Position numbers and translations under genes: made by a program. From Nitrospirota bacterium (GTDB lineage: Bacteria; Nitrospirota; Nitrospiria; Nitrospirales; NS-4), in the NCBI GenBank assembly GCA_963788195.1, contig CAWBGA010000001.1, positions 96,001 to 160,000 of the forward strand: a stretch of 64,000 nucleotides of DNA, read 5' to 3'. Below the pieces are notes generated by a model. It did not search any database and was not told where the DNA came from. It was given only the letters and a program-made list of their open reading frames with translations. Shown one piece after another: positions 10,089 to 20,959 of this stretch (its first letter is position 1; the number at the start of each line of letters is the position of its first letter).

Positions 10089-10493
10089 ATGGGAGAAAGA
10101 GTTCGTCAGGGGCAAGGGAGTTTGTCTTGGCAAACTCCAGGGTGGGCGGGTGCAAGAGCGAACTCGGGGCGGGTGGGTGAAATAGCGGGTGTAAGGGGCA
10201 AAGGAGTTTGTCCGGGGCACCCCTTGCCTTCCCGTGCAAGGGGTCGAGTACTCCAGGGGTGGGCGGGTGCAATAAGATCAGAGAACCTATCCCGGCGGCC
10301 TCAAATAATCATCAGCCCCGGGGGCAAAGAAATCTGTCTTGGCAGATTTCAGGGCTGGGCGGGTGTAAATGGGAGAAACGAACTCGTCAGGGGACAAGGA
10401 ATCTGTCTTGGCAGATTCCAGGGCGGGCGGGTCCTACGAGAAAAAGCGCCCGTCTTGGCGGCCGCGGGCTGGGCGGTGCAATGGTGGGTGCAA
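10089..10493 (+). repeat. Cluster of nested hairpin/G-tract REP-like elements (locus B)
   Basis: GGAGTTTG-TCTTGG-CAAACTCC (10117), GAAATCTG-TCTTGG-CAGATTTC (10329), GGAATCTG-TCTTGG-CAGATTCC (10398), GCGCCCG-TCTTGG-CGGCCGC (10446), each followed by a GGG tail. Confidence 0.92.
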
Positions 10494-10565
10494 TGCTATG
10501 TTTGCATTCGCCTGACAAGTATGCGATGAATCTTCCGCACACTGAATGTCATCACACTGATTTGT

Positions 10566-11043
10566 ATGGAGAAGTCGCAGGCAGGGCGCTTGGGCATATT
10601 GGCCGTCTTGGCATTGGGTCTTCTTTTCGGAGGAAACTACTTCATGGGCATCCGGCAAGGACCGGAGTCCTTGCTGGTGACATTTCCATCCGGAACCCAG
10701 ATGCATGTCGAAGTTGCGGACAACCCGCTCATGCTTCATGCTGGTCTCGCCTTTCGTGAATCGCTTCCAGCGGATTGGGGAATGCTCTTCATTTATGATC
10801 GGCCGGAGTTTCATCGCGTGACAACTAAAGAATATCGCTTTCCGGTCGACCTGATCTGGTTGGATGAAGCCAAGCGAGTGCTTCTGACGATGGAGAAGAT
10901 TCCCGCCTGTCATGCAGAGACGTGCCCGACATATGGCCCTGCTCCCGAGAAAGACCGATATGTTATTGCCGCTCGCGCCGGCTTTGTCGAACAAGAGCGT
11001 TTACGCGCTAGGAGCCGAGCTCCGGTTTACCTTACAGCTGTAG
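10566..11043 (+). CDS. DUF192-family protein (+1 frameshift near 11005)
   Basis: VEVAD....GL.FRESLP..WGMLF, FPVDLIWLD; corrected frame ends LRFTLQL*. Confidence 0.8.
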
Positions 11044-11101
11044 AACCTCGCGGTTTGACTCAACGAAATGGCTTTCGTAAGATGCCAAATAAGGGGTGCG
11101 A

Positions 11102-11437
11102 ATGTCGACTAGCGCCGGCGAGGCTTGGAACGCAGAAAAACAGATACAGACCCGGCTGGCGTCAACGGTCATCATGCGCCTGTGGGAAGATCGGACTCGC
11201 GGAGAAATTTATATGCCCCTCTATGACGCCCATGCGGTCGCCCTGGTGAACGATGATTACGATCGGTCGATGGGCGACAACTGGAATGTCATCGATTCAG
11301 GAAAGCATGTTTTCGAATTCCGTGCGCTCAAACCTGGTGTGCACCGCATTGTTTTTGAGAAGCGCATGGGCTGGCGATTTACGGCAGAAGATCGCCGCGT
11401 GTACATCCTCACGGTCACCGATGAGAAATCCGCTTAG
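11102..11437 (+). CDS. Small beta-rich protein, protease inhibitor I42 (chagasin)-like
   Basis: G.HVFEFRALKPGVHRIVFEKR pattern. Confidence 0.6.
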   Translation: MSTSAGEAWNAEKQIQTRLASTVIMRLWEDRTRGEIYMPLYDAHAVALVNDDYDRSMGDNWNVIDSGKHVFEFRALKPGVHRIVFEKRMGWRFTAEDRRVYILTVTDEKSA

Positions 11438-11443
11438 AGAGCC

Positions 11444-12283
11444 ATGCCTGATATTGCCTTCGTGAATGGAGCGTTTCTGCCTCTTGTGGACGCCACGGTC
11501 TCTATCGATGACCGCGGGTTTCAATTCGGAGACGGTGTCTACGAAGTAGCCCGTGTTTATCGAGGTGTTCCGTTCCGCCCCGCAGAGCATCTGGCTCGCC
11601 TGGAACGCAGCGCGCGGGCGCTGGACATCAGCTTCCCCTTTAATTCCGGTCGGTGGACGGACCTGATCATGGAGGCGTTGCAGCGAAGCGGGTATCAGGA
11701 GGCGAAGATCTATATTCAGCTGACCAGGGGGGTCGCCCCCCGCGACCATTCGTATAGCGCAAGTCTTGCGCCGACGGTGGTCATCACGGTGCGGTCACAG
11801 CTGCCCCTGGCCGACGGACTCTACCGGCATGGTGTGGATGTCATTACTGTTGCGGATCTCCGATGGGGTCGCTGTGACATCAAGTGTATTAGCCTGCTGG
11901 CCAATGTGCTTGCGAAACAACAGGCGGTGAATGAGGGGGTTTTTGAAGCTCTATTCGTCAGAGACGGATTTGTCCTCGAAGGGGCGACCAGCAACGTCAT
12001 GATGATCCAGAAGGGGCGGCTTATTACCCCGCCTGAAGGGCCGTTATTATTGTCGGGCGTGACTCGTCTTGTCGCGCTGCAATTAGCCCGTGAGAGCGGG
12101 GTTCCTATTGAGCAGCGGCCTGTAACAGAAACGGAGCTCTACAGCGCAGAGGAAGTCTTCTTGACGGGCACCATCATCGAGATATTACCGGTTGTGCGAG
12201 TGAACGCCCGACAGATAGGAACGGGATCGCCGGGACCGATTACGAGCGAATTCATCGCCCGGTTTCGGAAGCTCTACGCCTAG
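11444..12283 (+). CDS. dat: Class IV aminotransferase (D-amino-acid transaminase-like)
   Basis: DRGFQFGDGVYEV, RCDIK, EGATSN, LSGVTR. Confidence 0.8.
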   Translation: MPDIAFVNGAFLPLVDATVSIDDRGFQFGDGVYEVARVYRGVPFRPAEHLARLERSARALDISFPFNSGRWTDLIMEALQRSGYQEAKIYIQLTRGVAPRDHSYSASLAPTVVITVRSQLPLADGLYRHGVDVITVADLRWGRCDIKCISLLANVLAKQQAVNEGVFEALFVRDGFVLEGATSNVMMIQKGRLITPPEGPLLLSGVTRLVALQLARESGVPIEQRPVTETELYSAEEVFLTGTIIEILPVVRVNARQIGTGSPGPITSEFIARFRKLYA

Positions 12284-12290
12284 TTTCCGC

Positions 12291-12356
12291 TTGCGTTGCC
12301 AACCGGTGCTATGGTAAATTTTACGGCTAAAGTTGGGTGAAAACCCACTTTTTTTA
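12291..12356 (+). promoter_or_regulatory. Promoter plus rimP-leader hairpin/attenuator
   Basis: TTGCGT-N18-TAAATT followed by AAAGTTGGGT-GAAA-ACCCACTTT and a T-run just upstream of rimP. Confidence 0.6.
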
Positions 12357-12360
12357 TGTC

Positions 12361-12927
12361 ATGTCGTGTCTAGACCATCTTTCTCAGCCAGGCGAAGGTG
12401 CCCCCAGGGAAACGGTCCGTGAATCTAAGCAAGAGGTCATTGTCCGGCGAATCGCTGAACCCATCCTAAGCTCACTCGGGCTGATCCTCGTTGACGTCCA
12501 ACTCCGGGGTCGCGGTGGTAGCTCTCTTCTTCGGTTGGTGATTGAGCGGCAGACAGCTGAGGGGCAGGCCGACGAAAGCCCCACCGTGCAAGATTGCGAA
12601 CGGGCGCATATACTGATCGGGCATGCCCTGGACGTAGAGGATCCTATTCCGCACGCTTATGTGATGGAAGTGTCGTCTCCAGGTTTGGATCGCCCGATCC
12701 GTTCGGTGACGGATTATGAGCGGTTTCAGGGGCGTCTGGCCCGGTTCAAGCTTGCCAAGCTGGTAAGGGGACATGCGGTCGTGATCGGGCGTATCCAAAG
12801 GTTGGAGGGCCGTCAAGTATGGATCGAGACGCCCGCGATGAACCAAAAGCGACGTTCATCCCAGGCCACACAGATCGCGCTTGCCCTGGACGACATTCAG
12901 GAAGCCAGATTGGAAGTGGAGTTCTGA
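12361..12927 (+). CDS. rimP: Ribosome maturation factor RimP
   Basis: YVMEVSSPGLDRP; position before nusA. Confidence 0.9.
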   Translation: MSCLDHLSQPGEGAPRETVRESKQEVIVRRIAEPILSSLGLILVDVQLRGRGGSSLLRLVIERQTAEGQADESPTVQDCERAHILIGHALDVEDPIPHAYVMEVSSPGLDRPIRSVTDYERFQGRLARFKLAKLVRGHAVVIGRIQRLEGRQVWIETPAMNQKRRSSQATQIALALDDIQEARLEVEF

Positions 12928-12966
12928 GTTAGAGAGAGCGCGTCGGAATAATATCAGGAACAGATT

Positions 12967-14223
12967 ATGGGTCGGGAGCTCCTGACAGTAATAGAACAGA
13001 TCGGGCGAGAAAAGGGCATCGATACCGTTCGTATTCTCGAGGCCGTGGAGGCCGCGCTTCAGACCGCTGCGAAGAAGCGCTATGGCGCTGCGGAGAATAT
13101 TCAAATCAAGATCGATCGCAAGAGCGGCGAAATCGAGGCCATCTCGCTGAAGAAGATCGTAAACGCCGTGACCAATCCCAAATCCGAAGTCTCCCTGGAA
13201 GCTGCGCAGAAGGTGGATAGCGAGGCCGAACTCGGCGATGAGATCGGGTCCTTGATCGAGATCGAGGAGTTCGGGCGCATCGCAGCGCAGACCGCCAAAC
13301 AGGTGATCTTTCAGAAGGTGCGCGAAGCGGAGTGGGAAGCGGTCCAGCGGGAGTTCTCTACCCGCCAAGGTGATCTTGTCAACGGCATTATCCTCGGGCA
13401 GGAGCGGCGCAATTATATTGTTGACCTCGGCCGGACGGAAGCAATCTTGCCTGCGCATGAGCAGATCCCGCGTGAAGTATACCGCCGGGGTGATCGGATC
13501 AAAGCCTACCTACTGGAGGTGAAGCGCACCTTGCGGGACGTGCAGGTCATTCTGTCTCGCACCCATCCGAACTTCATCGTCAAGCTCTTCGAGGCCGAGG
13601 TCCCCGAAATTGCCGAAAAAATTCTAGAAATCAAAGCGGTCGTACGTGAACCGGGGGACCGTACGAAGATTGCGGTTGTGTCCCGTGATCGTGCGGTGGA
13701 CCCAGTGGGCGCTTGTGTCGGAATGAAAGGCTCACGAGTACAGGCGGTGGTCCGGGAGTTGCGGGGGGAAAAGATCGACATTATCGGATGGACGGCAGAT
13801 CCACGAGTATTCATCGCGGAGGCTTTGAATCCGGCTGTCATTGAAAAGGTCGGCGTTGACGAGGAGAAAAAATCGGCGCTTGTCGTCGTCGCCGACAATC
13901 AACTCTCGCTCGCCATAGGCAGAAACGGTCAGAACGTTCGGCTCGCAGCGAAATTGACCGGATGGAAAATAGATATTATCGGCGCAAGCGAATACGAAAA
14001 GGAAAAGGCGGTGCGTGACCAAGAGTCGCGGGCCGCGATTGCCCAGCAACTGCAAGATCAGCATGCAAAATTAATGGAGGCTGAGTCGGCGGCCGCTCAG
14101 AAGACCGAGGAGCAGAACGCCGAAGGAGCAACAACCGAGAAGGATGAGCAAGCGGGGGAGCCGGGCAACCAAGCGGCCGCGAATGGAGAGGAGCTCACAA
14201 GACAGCCACATGCGGGTGTTTGA
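12967..14223 (+). CDS. nusA: Transcription termination factor NusA
   Basis: FGRIAAQTAKQVI, DPVGACVGMKGSRV, LSLAIGRNGQNVRLA. Confidence 0.97.
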   Translation: MGRELLTVIEQIGREKGIDTVRILEAVEAALQTAAKKRYGAAENIQIKIDRKSGEIEAISLKKIVNAVTNPKSEVSLEAAQKVDSEAELGDEIGSLIEIEEFGRIAAQTAKQVIFQKVREAEWEAVQREFSTRQGDLVNGIILGQERRNYIVDLGRTEAILPAHEQIPREVYRRGDRIKAYLLEVKRTLRDVQVILSRTHPNFIVKLFEAEVPEIAEKILEIKAVVREPGDRTKIAVVSRDRAVDPVGACVGMKGSRVQAVVRELRGEKIDIIGWTADPRVFIAEALNPAVIEKVGVDEEKKSALVVVADNQLSLAIGRNGQNVRLAAKLTGWKIDIIGASEYEKEKAVRDQESRAAIAQQLQDQHAKLMEAESAAAQKTEEQNAEGATTEKDEQAGEPGNQAAANGEELTRQPHAGV

Positions 14224-16734
14224 ACTAGCTAAGCAATTGGGCCTGCCGAGTAAGGAATTGATCAATGATCTAAAGACGATGGGTGTGACCGTTGCGAACC
14301 ATATGGCGGCCCTTGAAGAAAATGTCGTCACGCAGGTTCAACATAAGTTTGAATCAGGAAAGAAAGACCCTGGGAAGAGCTCCCCTGCGGTGCTCGCAAA
14401 GAAAAAGCCGGTGGCAGCACGAGCGCACCCTGCTGCGAAAGTTGCCCCTGGCGTCGACGCGCCGAAGATTGAAAAAAAACTCATTCTGGTAAAACGCCGG
14501 CATGAGCGAGCCGCTGCTTGGCCCGGATCTGCTCCCGTTGAAGCCTGAAGAAGAGATGCTGCCGAGCGACGATTTGATCGAGCGTAAAGGCATGGTGGCG
14601 GCGGCAGACCCTGTTTTGGCGCCGGAGTTGATGTCCCCTGACGAGCCGTTTGCCCCCGGGACCATTGCCCCACCGCCTGCATTCTCTCCTTCTGGAATCC
14701 TGCCGCCAGGACAGCCTCCAGCCGCCGCGCCGCCTGACCGGCCGGCGTGGGCAAAAAAGGGAGGTCCGGAACCCGTGCAGCCGGTGCCTGATCAGAGCCT
14801 TAAGGACAAGGCCAAGAAAACGCGCCGAGCGGTTCGTGACCGCGAAGATGAGCCTCTGCCGCTGCGTGATGATGCCGCCCGGTGGCGTGACCTGCGGGCG
14901 ATGCCGATGCATCGGCGGGAGGAGAAATCCCGGCACACCACGCCAGGGACGACGATCGAAGTCACCAAGCCGCGGCATAAGGCCGTCAAGCTGGCAGAAG
15001 GCCTGACCGTGAAGGATTTCGCTGAAGCTGTCGGTCAGAAGCCGGCTGACGTGGTCAAAAAGCTCATGGAAATGGGCATACTGCTTACGTTCAATCAACC
15101 GATAGGCTCCGAGGCTGCCATTTTGCTGGCCGAATCGTTTGGCGTTAGGGTAGAGATGGTCACCGAGCGGATGGCGGAAGAGCTCCTCGAAGAGGCACCC
15201 GCGGCAATCGAGGAGCGTCATGTGGGACGCCCTCCCGTGGTCACGATTATGGGACACGTTGATCACGGTAAGACCTCGCTGCTCGATGCCATCAGAGAGA
15301 CCAAGGTGACCGAAGGCGAAGCGGGCGGGATCACGCAACACATCGGGGCGTACGTCGTGCAAGCGCGGGGCCATTTCATTACGTTTCTCGACACCCCAGG
15401 CCATGAAGCCTTTACCGCAATGCGAGCCAGGGGCGCTAAAGTCACGGATATTGTCGTCCTGGTCGTGGCAGCGGATGATGGGGTTATGCCCCAGACCATC
15501 GAGGCGCTCGATCACGCCAGGGCAGCGGAGGTTCCGGTCATCGTCGCCATCAACAAGATCGACAAGCCGGATGCTAATCCGGATCGAATCAAAAATCAGC
15601 TCTCTGAGCGAGGCTTGGTGTCCGAGGCCTGGGGCGGCGAAACGATCTTTGTCGAAGTATCGGCGAAAAAGAAAACAGGTCTGGACACGCTTCTCGAAAT
15701 GATTCTGCTTCAGGCCGAAGTGCTGGAATTAAAAGCCGCTCCCGACCGATGGGCCCGGGGCATCGTGATCGAGGCCAAGATTGACCGGGGCCGAGGTCCC
15801 GTTGCCACGGTGTTGGTGCAGAACGGGACATTGCGTTTGGGAGACCCGTTCGTGGTGGGGACCTACAGCGGGCGTGTTCGCGCGCTTTTCAATCATGCCG
15901 GGCGTCCGGTCAAAGAGGCCGGTCCCTCGATTCCGGTCGAGGTCGTCGGCCTGTTGGGTTGTCCGATGGCTGGTCAGGAGTTTGTGGTCACGAAAGATGA
16001 GCGGATTGCGCGCGAGATCGCGGAGTCACGGCTCGCCAAGCAGCGCACGGCTGACATGGCGCCGGTGCGCAAAGTCACTCTGGACGATCTATTTGCCCAG
16101 GTGAAGGAAGGGACGGTTAAAGAGCTGGGGATTATCATCCGGGCGGATGTGCAGGGCTCCGCAGAAGCCCTTGGAGACGCCGTCGAGCGTCTGAGCGCCG
16201 AAGCCGTCAAACCGAACATCCTCTTGAAGGGTGTCGGCGGCATTACTGAAAACGATGTCCAGCTGGCCTCGGCCTCAAATGCCATCATCATTGGATTCAA
16301 TGTGCGCGCCGAAGCAAAGGCCGCCGCCCTGGCCGAGCGCGAAGGCATCGACATCCGAAACTACAGCATTATCTATGAGGCGTTGAACGACATCAAGGCG
16401 GCGATGGAAGGCCTGCTGGATCCGACTTTTAAAGAGCGTGTCATCGGTCGCGCCGAGGTGCGGAAGGTCTTTGTGATTCCCAAAGCAGGGGCCGTCGCAG
16501 GTTGCTATGTCACCGACGGCGTCATTACTCGGCGCGAGCGCAGGGATCCGGGTCGTACGCGACGGGGTCATGGTGTACGAAGGAAAGATCAGCTCGCTTC
16601 GCCGATTCAAGGATGATGTGAAGGAGGTGCAGGCCGGGTACGAGTGCGGCATCAGCGTCGAGAACTTCAATGACCTGAAGCCCGGCGACCGCTTCGAAGT
16701 GTATACTATGGATAAGGTCCTCGGGAAACTTTGA
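14210..16734 (+). CDS. infB: Translation initiation factor IF-2 (+1 frameshifts near 14505 and 16530)
   Basis: MRVFELAK N-terminus, [17 protein letters not shown]-terminal [16 protein letters not shown] in shifted frame. Confidence 0.95.
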
Positions 16735-16743
16735 TCCGCTTCT

Positions 16744-17025
16744 ATGGTCGTCGGCGTCTGTACTGTTGAGCTTCACCTCCCCGGGGTTGATTCGCTCAAG
16801 GGCAAACGCCAAATCCTTCTCAGCCTGAAGGACCGGATTCAGGGAAAGTTCAATGTCTCGATCGCAGAAGTCGATGGTCAGGATTTGTGGCAGCGAGCGG
16901 TCTTGGGAGTCGCCTGCGTGGCCAATGAGCAGCGTCACACCAATCAGGTACTCGATTCGGTTTTAAATCTCGTGCGGGCAAACCCCTGCGTAGAGCTTGT
17001 TCGTCAGCACATGGAGTTTTTGTAG
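16744..17025 (+). CDS. DUF503 (YlxP-like) protein
   Basis: SLKGKR, FNVSIAEV..QDLWQRA; typical position after infB. Confidence 0.88.
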   Translation: MVVGVCTVELHLPGVDSLKGKRQILLSLKDRIQGKFNVSIAEVDGQDLWQRAVLGVACVANEQRHTNQVLDSVLNLVRANPCVELVRQHMEFL

Positions 17026-17027
17026 CG

Positions 17028-17495
17028 ATGTTGGGGTATAAGCGCACAGACCGCGTCGGCGATCAGATTCGGCTGGAGGTCGCCGATATCTTGACCCGTC
17101 GAATGAAGGATCCCCGCGTAGGATTCGTCACGATCACATCGGTGGATCTATCGGCTGACCTGCGACAGGCGTGGGTGTATGTGACTGTGCTTCAGGAGGG
17201 CGAACAGGGGAATGAAGCCATGGCGACGCTTGTGCGAGCGACCGGCTTTATCAGAGGCGAATTGGGACGGCGACTGAAGCTACGCTATGTTCCTGAGTTG
17301 ACGTTTATGCGCGATAGCTCGGTTGATCAGGTCCGGCGTGTGATGAGTCTCATCGATACCCTCCACCCGGATCCTCCTGATAAGAATACGGCTTCTGAGG
17401 CCGGGAGGGAGAATCATTACATCACCCCCGGTGATGCCGCTGACGCCGGCGACTGCGATCACCGGCAGAACGGTCCCACGGGGCAAGGACAGTAG
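17028..17495 (+). CDS. rbfA: Ribosome-binding factor A
   Basis: KDPRVGFVTIT, LRYVPELTF..D. Confidence 0.95.
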   Translation: MLGYKRTDRVGDQIRLEVADILTRRMKDPRVGFVTITSVDLSADLRQAWVYVTVLQEGEQGNEAMATLVRATGFIRGELGRRLKLRYVPELTFMRDSSVDQVRRVMSLIDTLHPDPPDKNTASEAGRENHYITPGDAADAGDCDHRQNGPTGQGQ

Positions 17496-17496
17496 G

Positions 17497-18471
17497 ATGG
17501 CGCTCGGAGTCTCAGATCAGGGAGTGGAGACCGTCCTGGATGGAGTGTTGATCATTGATAAGCCGGCCGGCTGGACCTCTCACGACGTCGTCGCGAAGGT
17601 GCGACGTCTACTCGGAATCCGAAAGGTGGGTCATACGGGGACGCTTGACCCTTTGGCCACCGGCGTGCTGGTTCTCTGTTTAGGGAAGGCCACCCGGATC
17701 GCGGAGTATCTTTTCTTGGCGGACAAAGCGTATCGCGCTGTTCTTCGCCTGGGTTCTTCGACGGATACGCAAGACGCCACAGGATCCGTGGTCACGAGCC
17801 ATGCCGGACCCTACCCTGACGACGAGACTATCCGTTCAGTGATGGAGGCCTGTGTCGGCATCAATCATCAAGTGCCGCCGATGTATTCCGCAGTGAAGGT
17901 GAAGGGGGTCCCGCTCTACAAGGCAGCCCGCGAAGGCCGGACGGTTCCCCGAGGGAGCCGGGAGTGCGTGGTGCACGATCTAAAAATCGTCTCGTTTCTG
18001 CGAACGTCCACTGTTGATGTGGTGTTCGATGTCGTGTGCAGCAAAGGGACCTATGTGCGCACGTTATGTGCTGATTTCGGCGAAACCTTAGGAGTCGGCG
18101 GTCATCTTGCCTCGCTGGAGCGTCGCCGAGTGGGTCGCTTTGAGCTTGAACAAGCCTTGACCCTTGAGGAACTGGCTCAGAGCGTCGAACGGAAGGACCT
18201 GGCGCGTCATGTCCACACATTGACTGAAGCGCTGGCCGAGTTGCCGGCCTTCCTCTTGGATCCTATTTCTTCCGAATCGGCGCGCCACGGCACTGGATTT
18301 TCTGCCGCGCGGATTCTCCGTACTGAAGGCCAATGGCGCCGCGATGCGCCGATTCGCTTGCATAGTGCGGACGGCCGCCTGATGGCCATTGGAAAAGCCT
18401 CCTCAGGATCAGGAGATTGCCCCAACGGGGATCCTGCTGCCGTGGTCAAGATCGAAAAGGTGCTCGTGTGA
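17497..18471 (+). CDS. truB: tRNA pseudouridine(55) synthase
   Basis: KVGHTGTLDPLATGVL, PPMYSAVK, CSKGTYVR. Confidence 0.96.
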   Translation: MALGVSDQGVETVLDGVLIIDKPAGWTSHDVVAKVRRLLGIRKVGHTGTLDPLATGVLVLCLGKATRIAEYLFLADKAYRAVLRLGSSTDTQDATGSVVTSHAGPYPDDETIRSVMEACVGINHQVPPMYSAVKVKGVPLYKAAREGRTVPRGSRECVVHDLKIVSFLRTSTVDVVFDVVCSKGTYVRTLCADFGETLGVGGHLASLERRRVGRFELEQALTLEELAQSVERKDLARHVHTLTEALAELPAFLLDPISSESARHGTGFSAARILRTEGQWRRDAPIRLHSADGRLMAIGKASSGSGDCPNGDPAAVVKIEKVLV

Positions 18472-18493
18472 TTACCGATAGAGGAGAGAGCCC

Positions 18494-18763
18494 ATGGCAT
18501 TGACGAAAGAGGCGAAGACGAATGTCGTACAGGAGTACCGAACCCACGAAGGGGATACGGGATCACCTGAAGTGCAGATTGCCGTTTTAACGCACCGCAT
18601 CACGTATCTCACGGAGCATTTTCAAGGTCACAAAAAGGACCATCACTCTCGCAGAGGATTGTTGACCATGGTCAGTCGCCGTCGGCGTCTCCTTGACTAT
18701 TTGCGGCGGCACGACGAGGAGCGGTACAAGTCCTTGATCGTCCAACTCGGTATCCGCCGGTAG
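18494..18763 (+). CDS. rpsO: 30S ribosomal protein S15
   Basis: [19 protein letters not shown]. Confidence 0.98.
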   Translation: MALTKEAKTNVVQEYRTHEGDTGSPEVQIAVLTHRITYLTEHFQGHKKDHHSRRGLLTMVSRRRRLLDYLRRHDEERYKSLIVQLGIRR

Positions 18764-18848
18764 CGGCAGGCAATTCATTGAACATCGCAGATCGACACTG
18801 GTGTGGTTTCCTTTTATGTGGGTGGTAACGAAGGAGAAGTAGGCAGTC

Positions 18849-20952
18849 ATGGCGAACACAGTTGAACTTGAATTAGCCGGCCGGACTTTACGACTCGAGA
18901 CCGGACGCCTGGCGAAACAAGCCGACGGATCGGTGTTGGCGACGTATGGCGATACCTACGTGCTGGCCACCGCGGTGGCGTCCCAGTCGGCTAAGAAGGA
19001 CATTGATTTCCTTCCCCTGACTGTCGACTATCAGGAAAAAGCCTACGCGGCAGGAAAGATTCCCGGCGGGTACTTTAGGCGTGAAGGGCAACCCTCCGAG
19101 AAGGAAAAGCTCTCGTCCCGTCTCATCGACCGGCCGCTTCGCCCGCTGTTTCCAAAGGGCTGGTACTCTGAAACACAAGTAATTGCCACGGTGATCTCCG
19201 CCGATCAGTCGGGGAGCGCGGATATCATCGGTATCATCGCCGCATCCGCCGCACTCGCCGTGTCCAACATCCCGTTTAATGGGCCGGTGGCGGCGGTACG
19301 TGTCGGCCGCCGCGACGGTCAGTTTGTCATTAATCCAGATCTCTCAGTCTTTGAAAGCTGCGACCTGAATCTGGTCGTGGCGGGTACCTCCGACGCTGTC
19401 ATGATGGTGGAGGGAGGCGCCGATGGCCTGCCCGAAGATGTCATGCTCGCCGCCATCGAGCATGCCCATGAGGAGATCAAACGTATCGTAGAGGTCATCC
19501 GCAAGTTAAGCGCCACGGTTGGAAAAGCCAAGCGTGGGGTTATTACGGAGCAGATCGATCCGACGCTGCGAAATACCGTACGGGATCTGGTCGCCGGGCC
19601 AATCCGCGAAGCCATCCTCATACCCAATAAGTCTGCCCGACAGGAGAAACTCGATGAAATCCTTGCCGGGGTGCTTAAGGGGCTCAAGAAGGAAGACGAC
19701 CCTGACCGCGACCGCCATGTCAAACTTGTGTTCCATGAGTTGGAGTACAGCGAAGTCCGTAAAATGATCTTGGAGAATCGAAAGCGGGCCGACGGCCGCG
19801 GTCCATCGGATATTCGACCCGTCACATGTGAGGTGTCCATCCTTCCGCGGACCCACGGCTCAGCCCTGTTTACCCGGGGCGAAACGCAAGCCCTGGCTGT
19901 TGTGACGCTTGGCACCTCCGACGACGAGCAGCGAATCGATGCTCTGGAAGGCGAGTATTACCGGACTTTTATGCTCCACTACAATTTCCCGCCTTTCAGT
20001 GTCGGGGAGGCGCGTCCGTTGCGCTCCCCTGGGCGACGGGAGATCGGGCATGGCGCCTTAGCGGAGCGCGCGCTGAAGTCCATCCTTCCCCTCAAGAAGG
20101 ACTTTCCGTACACCATACGCCTCGTTTCCGATATTCTGGAATCGAACGGATCATCGTCCATGGCCACCGTGTGCGGCGGGTAGCCTGGCGTTGATGGATG
20201 CCGGGGTGCCGATCAAGGAACCCGTCGCGGGGATTGCCATGGGGCTGATTAAGGAAGGCGATCAGGTGATGGTTCTCTCAGACATCCTCGGTTTAGAGGA
20301 TCATCTCGGCGATATGGACTTTAAAGTGTGCGGGACAGAACAAGGTGTGACAGCGCTGCAAATGGACATCAAGATCGCCGGGATCACCTCGCCCCTTATG
20401 CGCCAGGCTTTGGCCCAAGCGCGCGAAGGACGCCTGCACATTCTCGGCCGTATGCGCACCACCCTGGCCGCGCCACGCCAGCAAATGTCGCCTTTTGCCC
20501 CGCGCATTTACACCTTGAAGATCAAGCCCGAGAAGATCCGGGAGATCATCGGTCCAGGGGGCAAAGTCATTCGCGATATCGTCGCCACCTGCGGGGTGAA
20601 GATGGATGTCCAGGACGATGGTACCGTGACGATCGCTTCCAATGATGAGGCGTCCGCAAAAAAAGCCATTGAACGGGTGAACCAGATTACTGAAGAGGTG
20701 GAGATCGGGAAAATCTATCTCGGCAAAGTAAGAAAGATCATGGATTTCGGGGCCTTTGTGGAAGTTCTCCCAGGTGTGGACGGGCTGGTGCATATTTCAC
20801 AACTAGCCCACCACCGGGTACAGTCCGTCACCGACGAGGTGAAGGAGGGCGATGAAATTCTCGTGAAAGTGCTCGAAGTGGATCGGCAAGGCAAGATCCG
20901 CCTAAGCCGCAAAGAGGCCATGCCTGAACCGAAGCCCTCGCAGGACTCATAG
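18849..20952 (+). CDS. pnp: Polynucleotide phosphorylase (+1 frameshift near 20178)
   Basis: [32 protein letters not shown] and S1 domains; one extra G splits the ORF. Confidence 0.96.
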
Positions 20953-20959
20953 GCGGCCC

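Noticed and set aside
10089..10493. CRISPR or TIGR-type guide array
   Set aside because: No identical repeats with unique spacers, irregular period, variable segments are self-complementary stems, and no cas or Nop-domain gene is nearby.
9955..10759. ORFs overlapping repeat loci (also 2028-2436)
   Set aside because: They are translations of the repeat units with no RBS or family motifs.
20181..20183. Stop-codon readthrough (TAG) in pnp
   Set aside because: The downstream part is in another frame; deleting one G restores [10 protein letters not shown].
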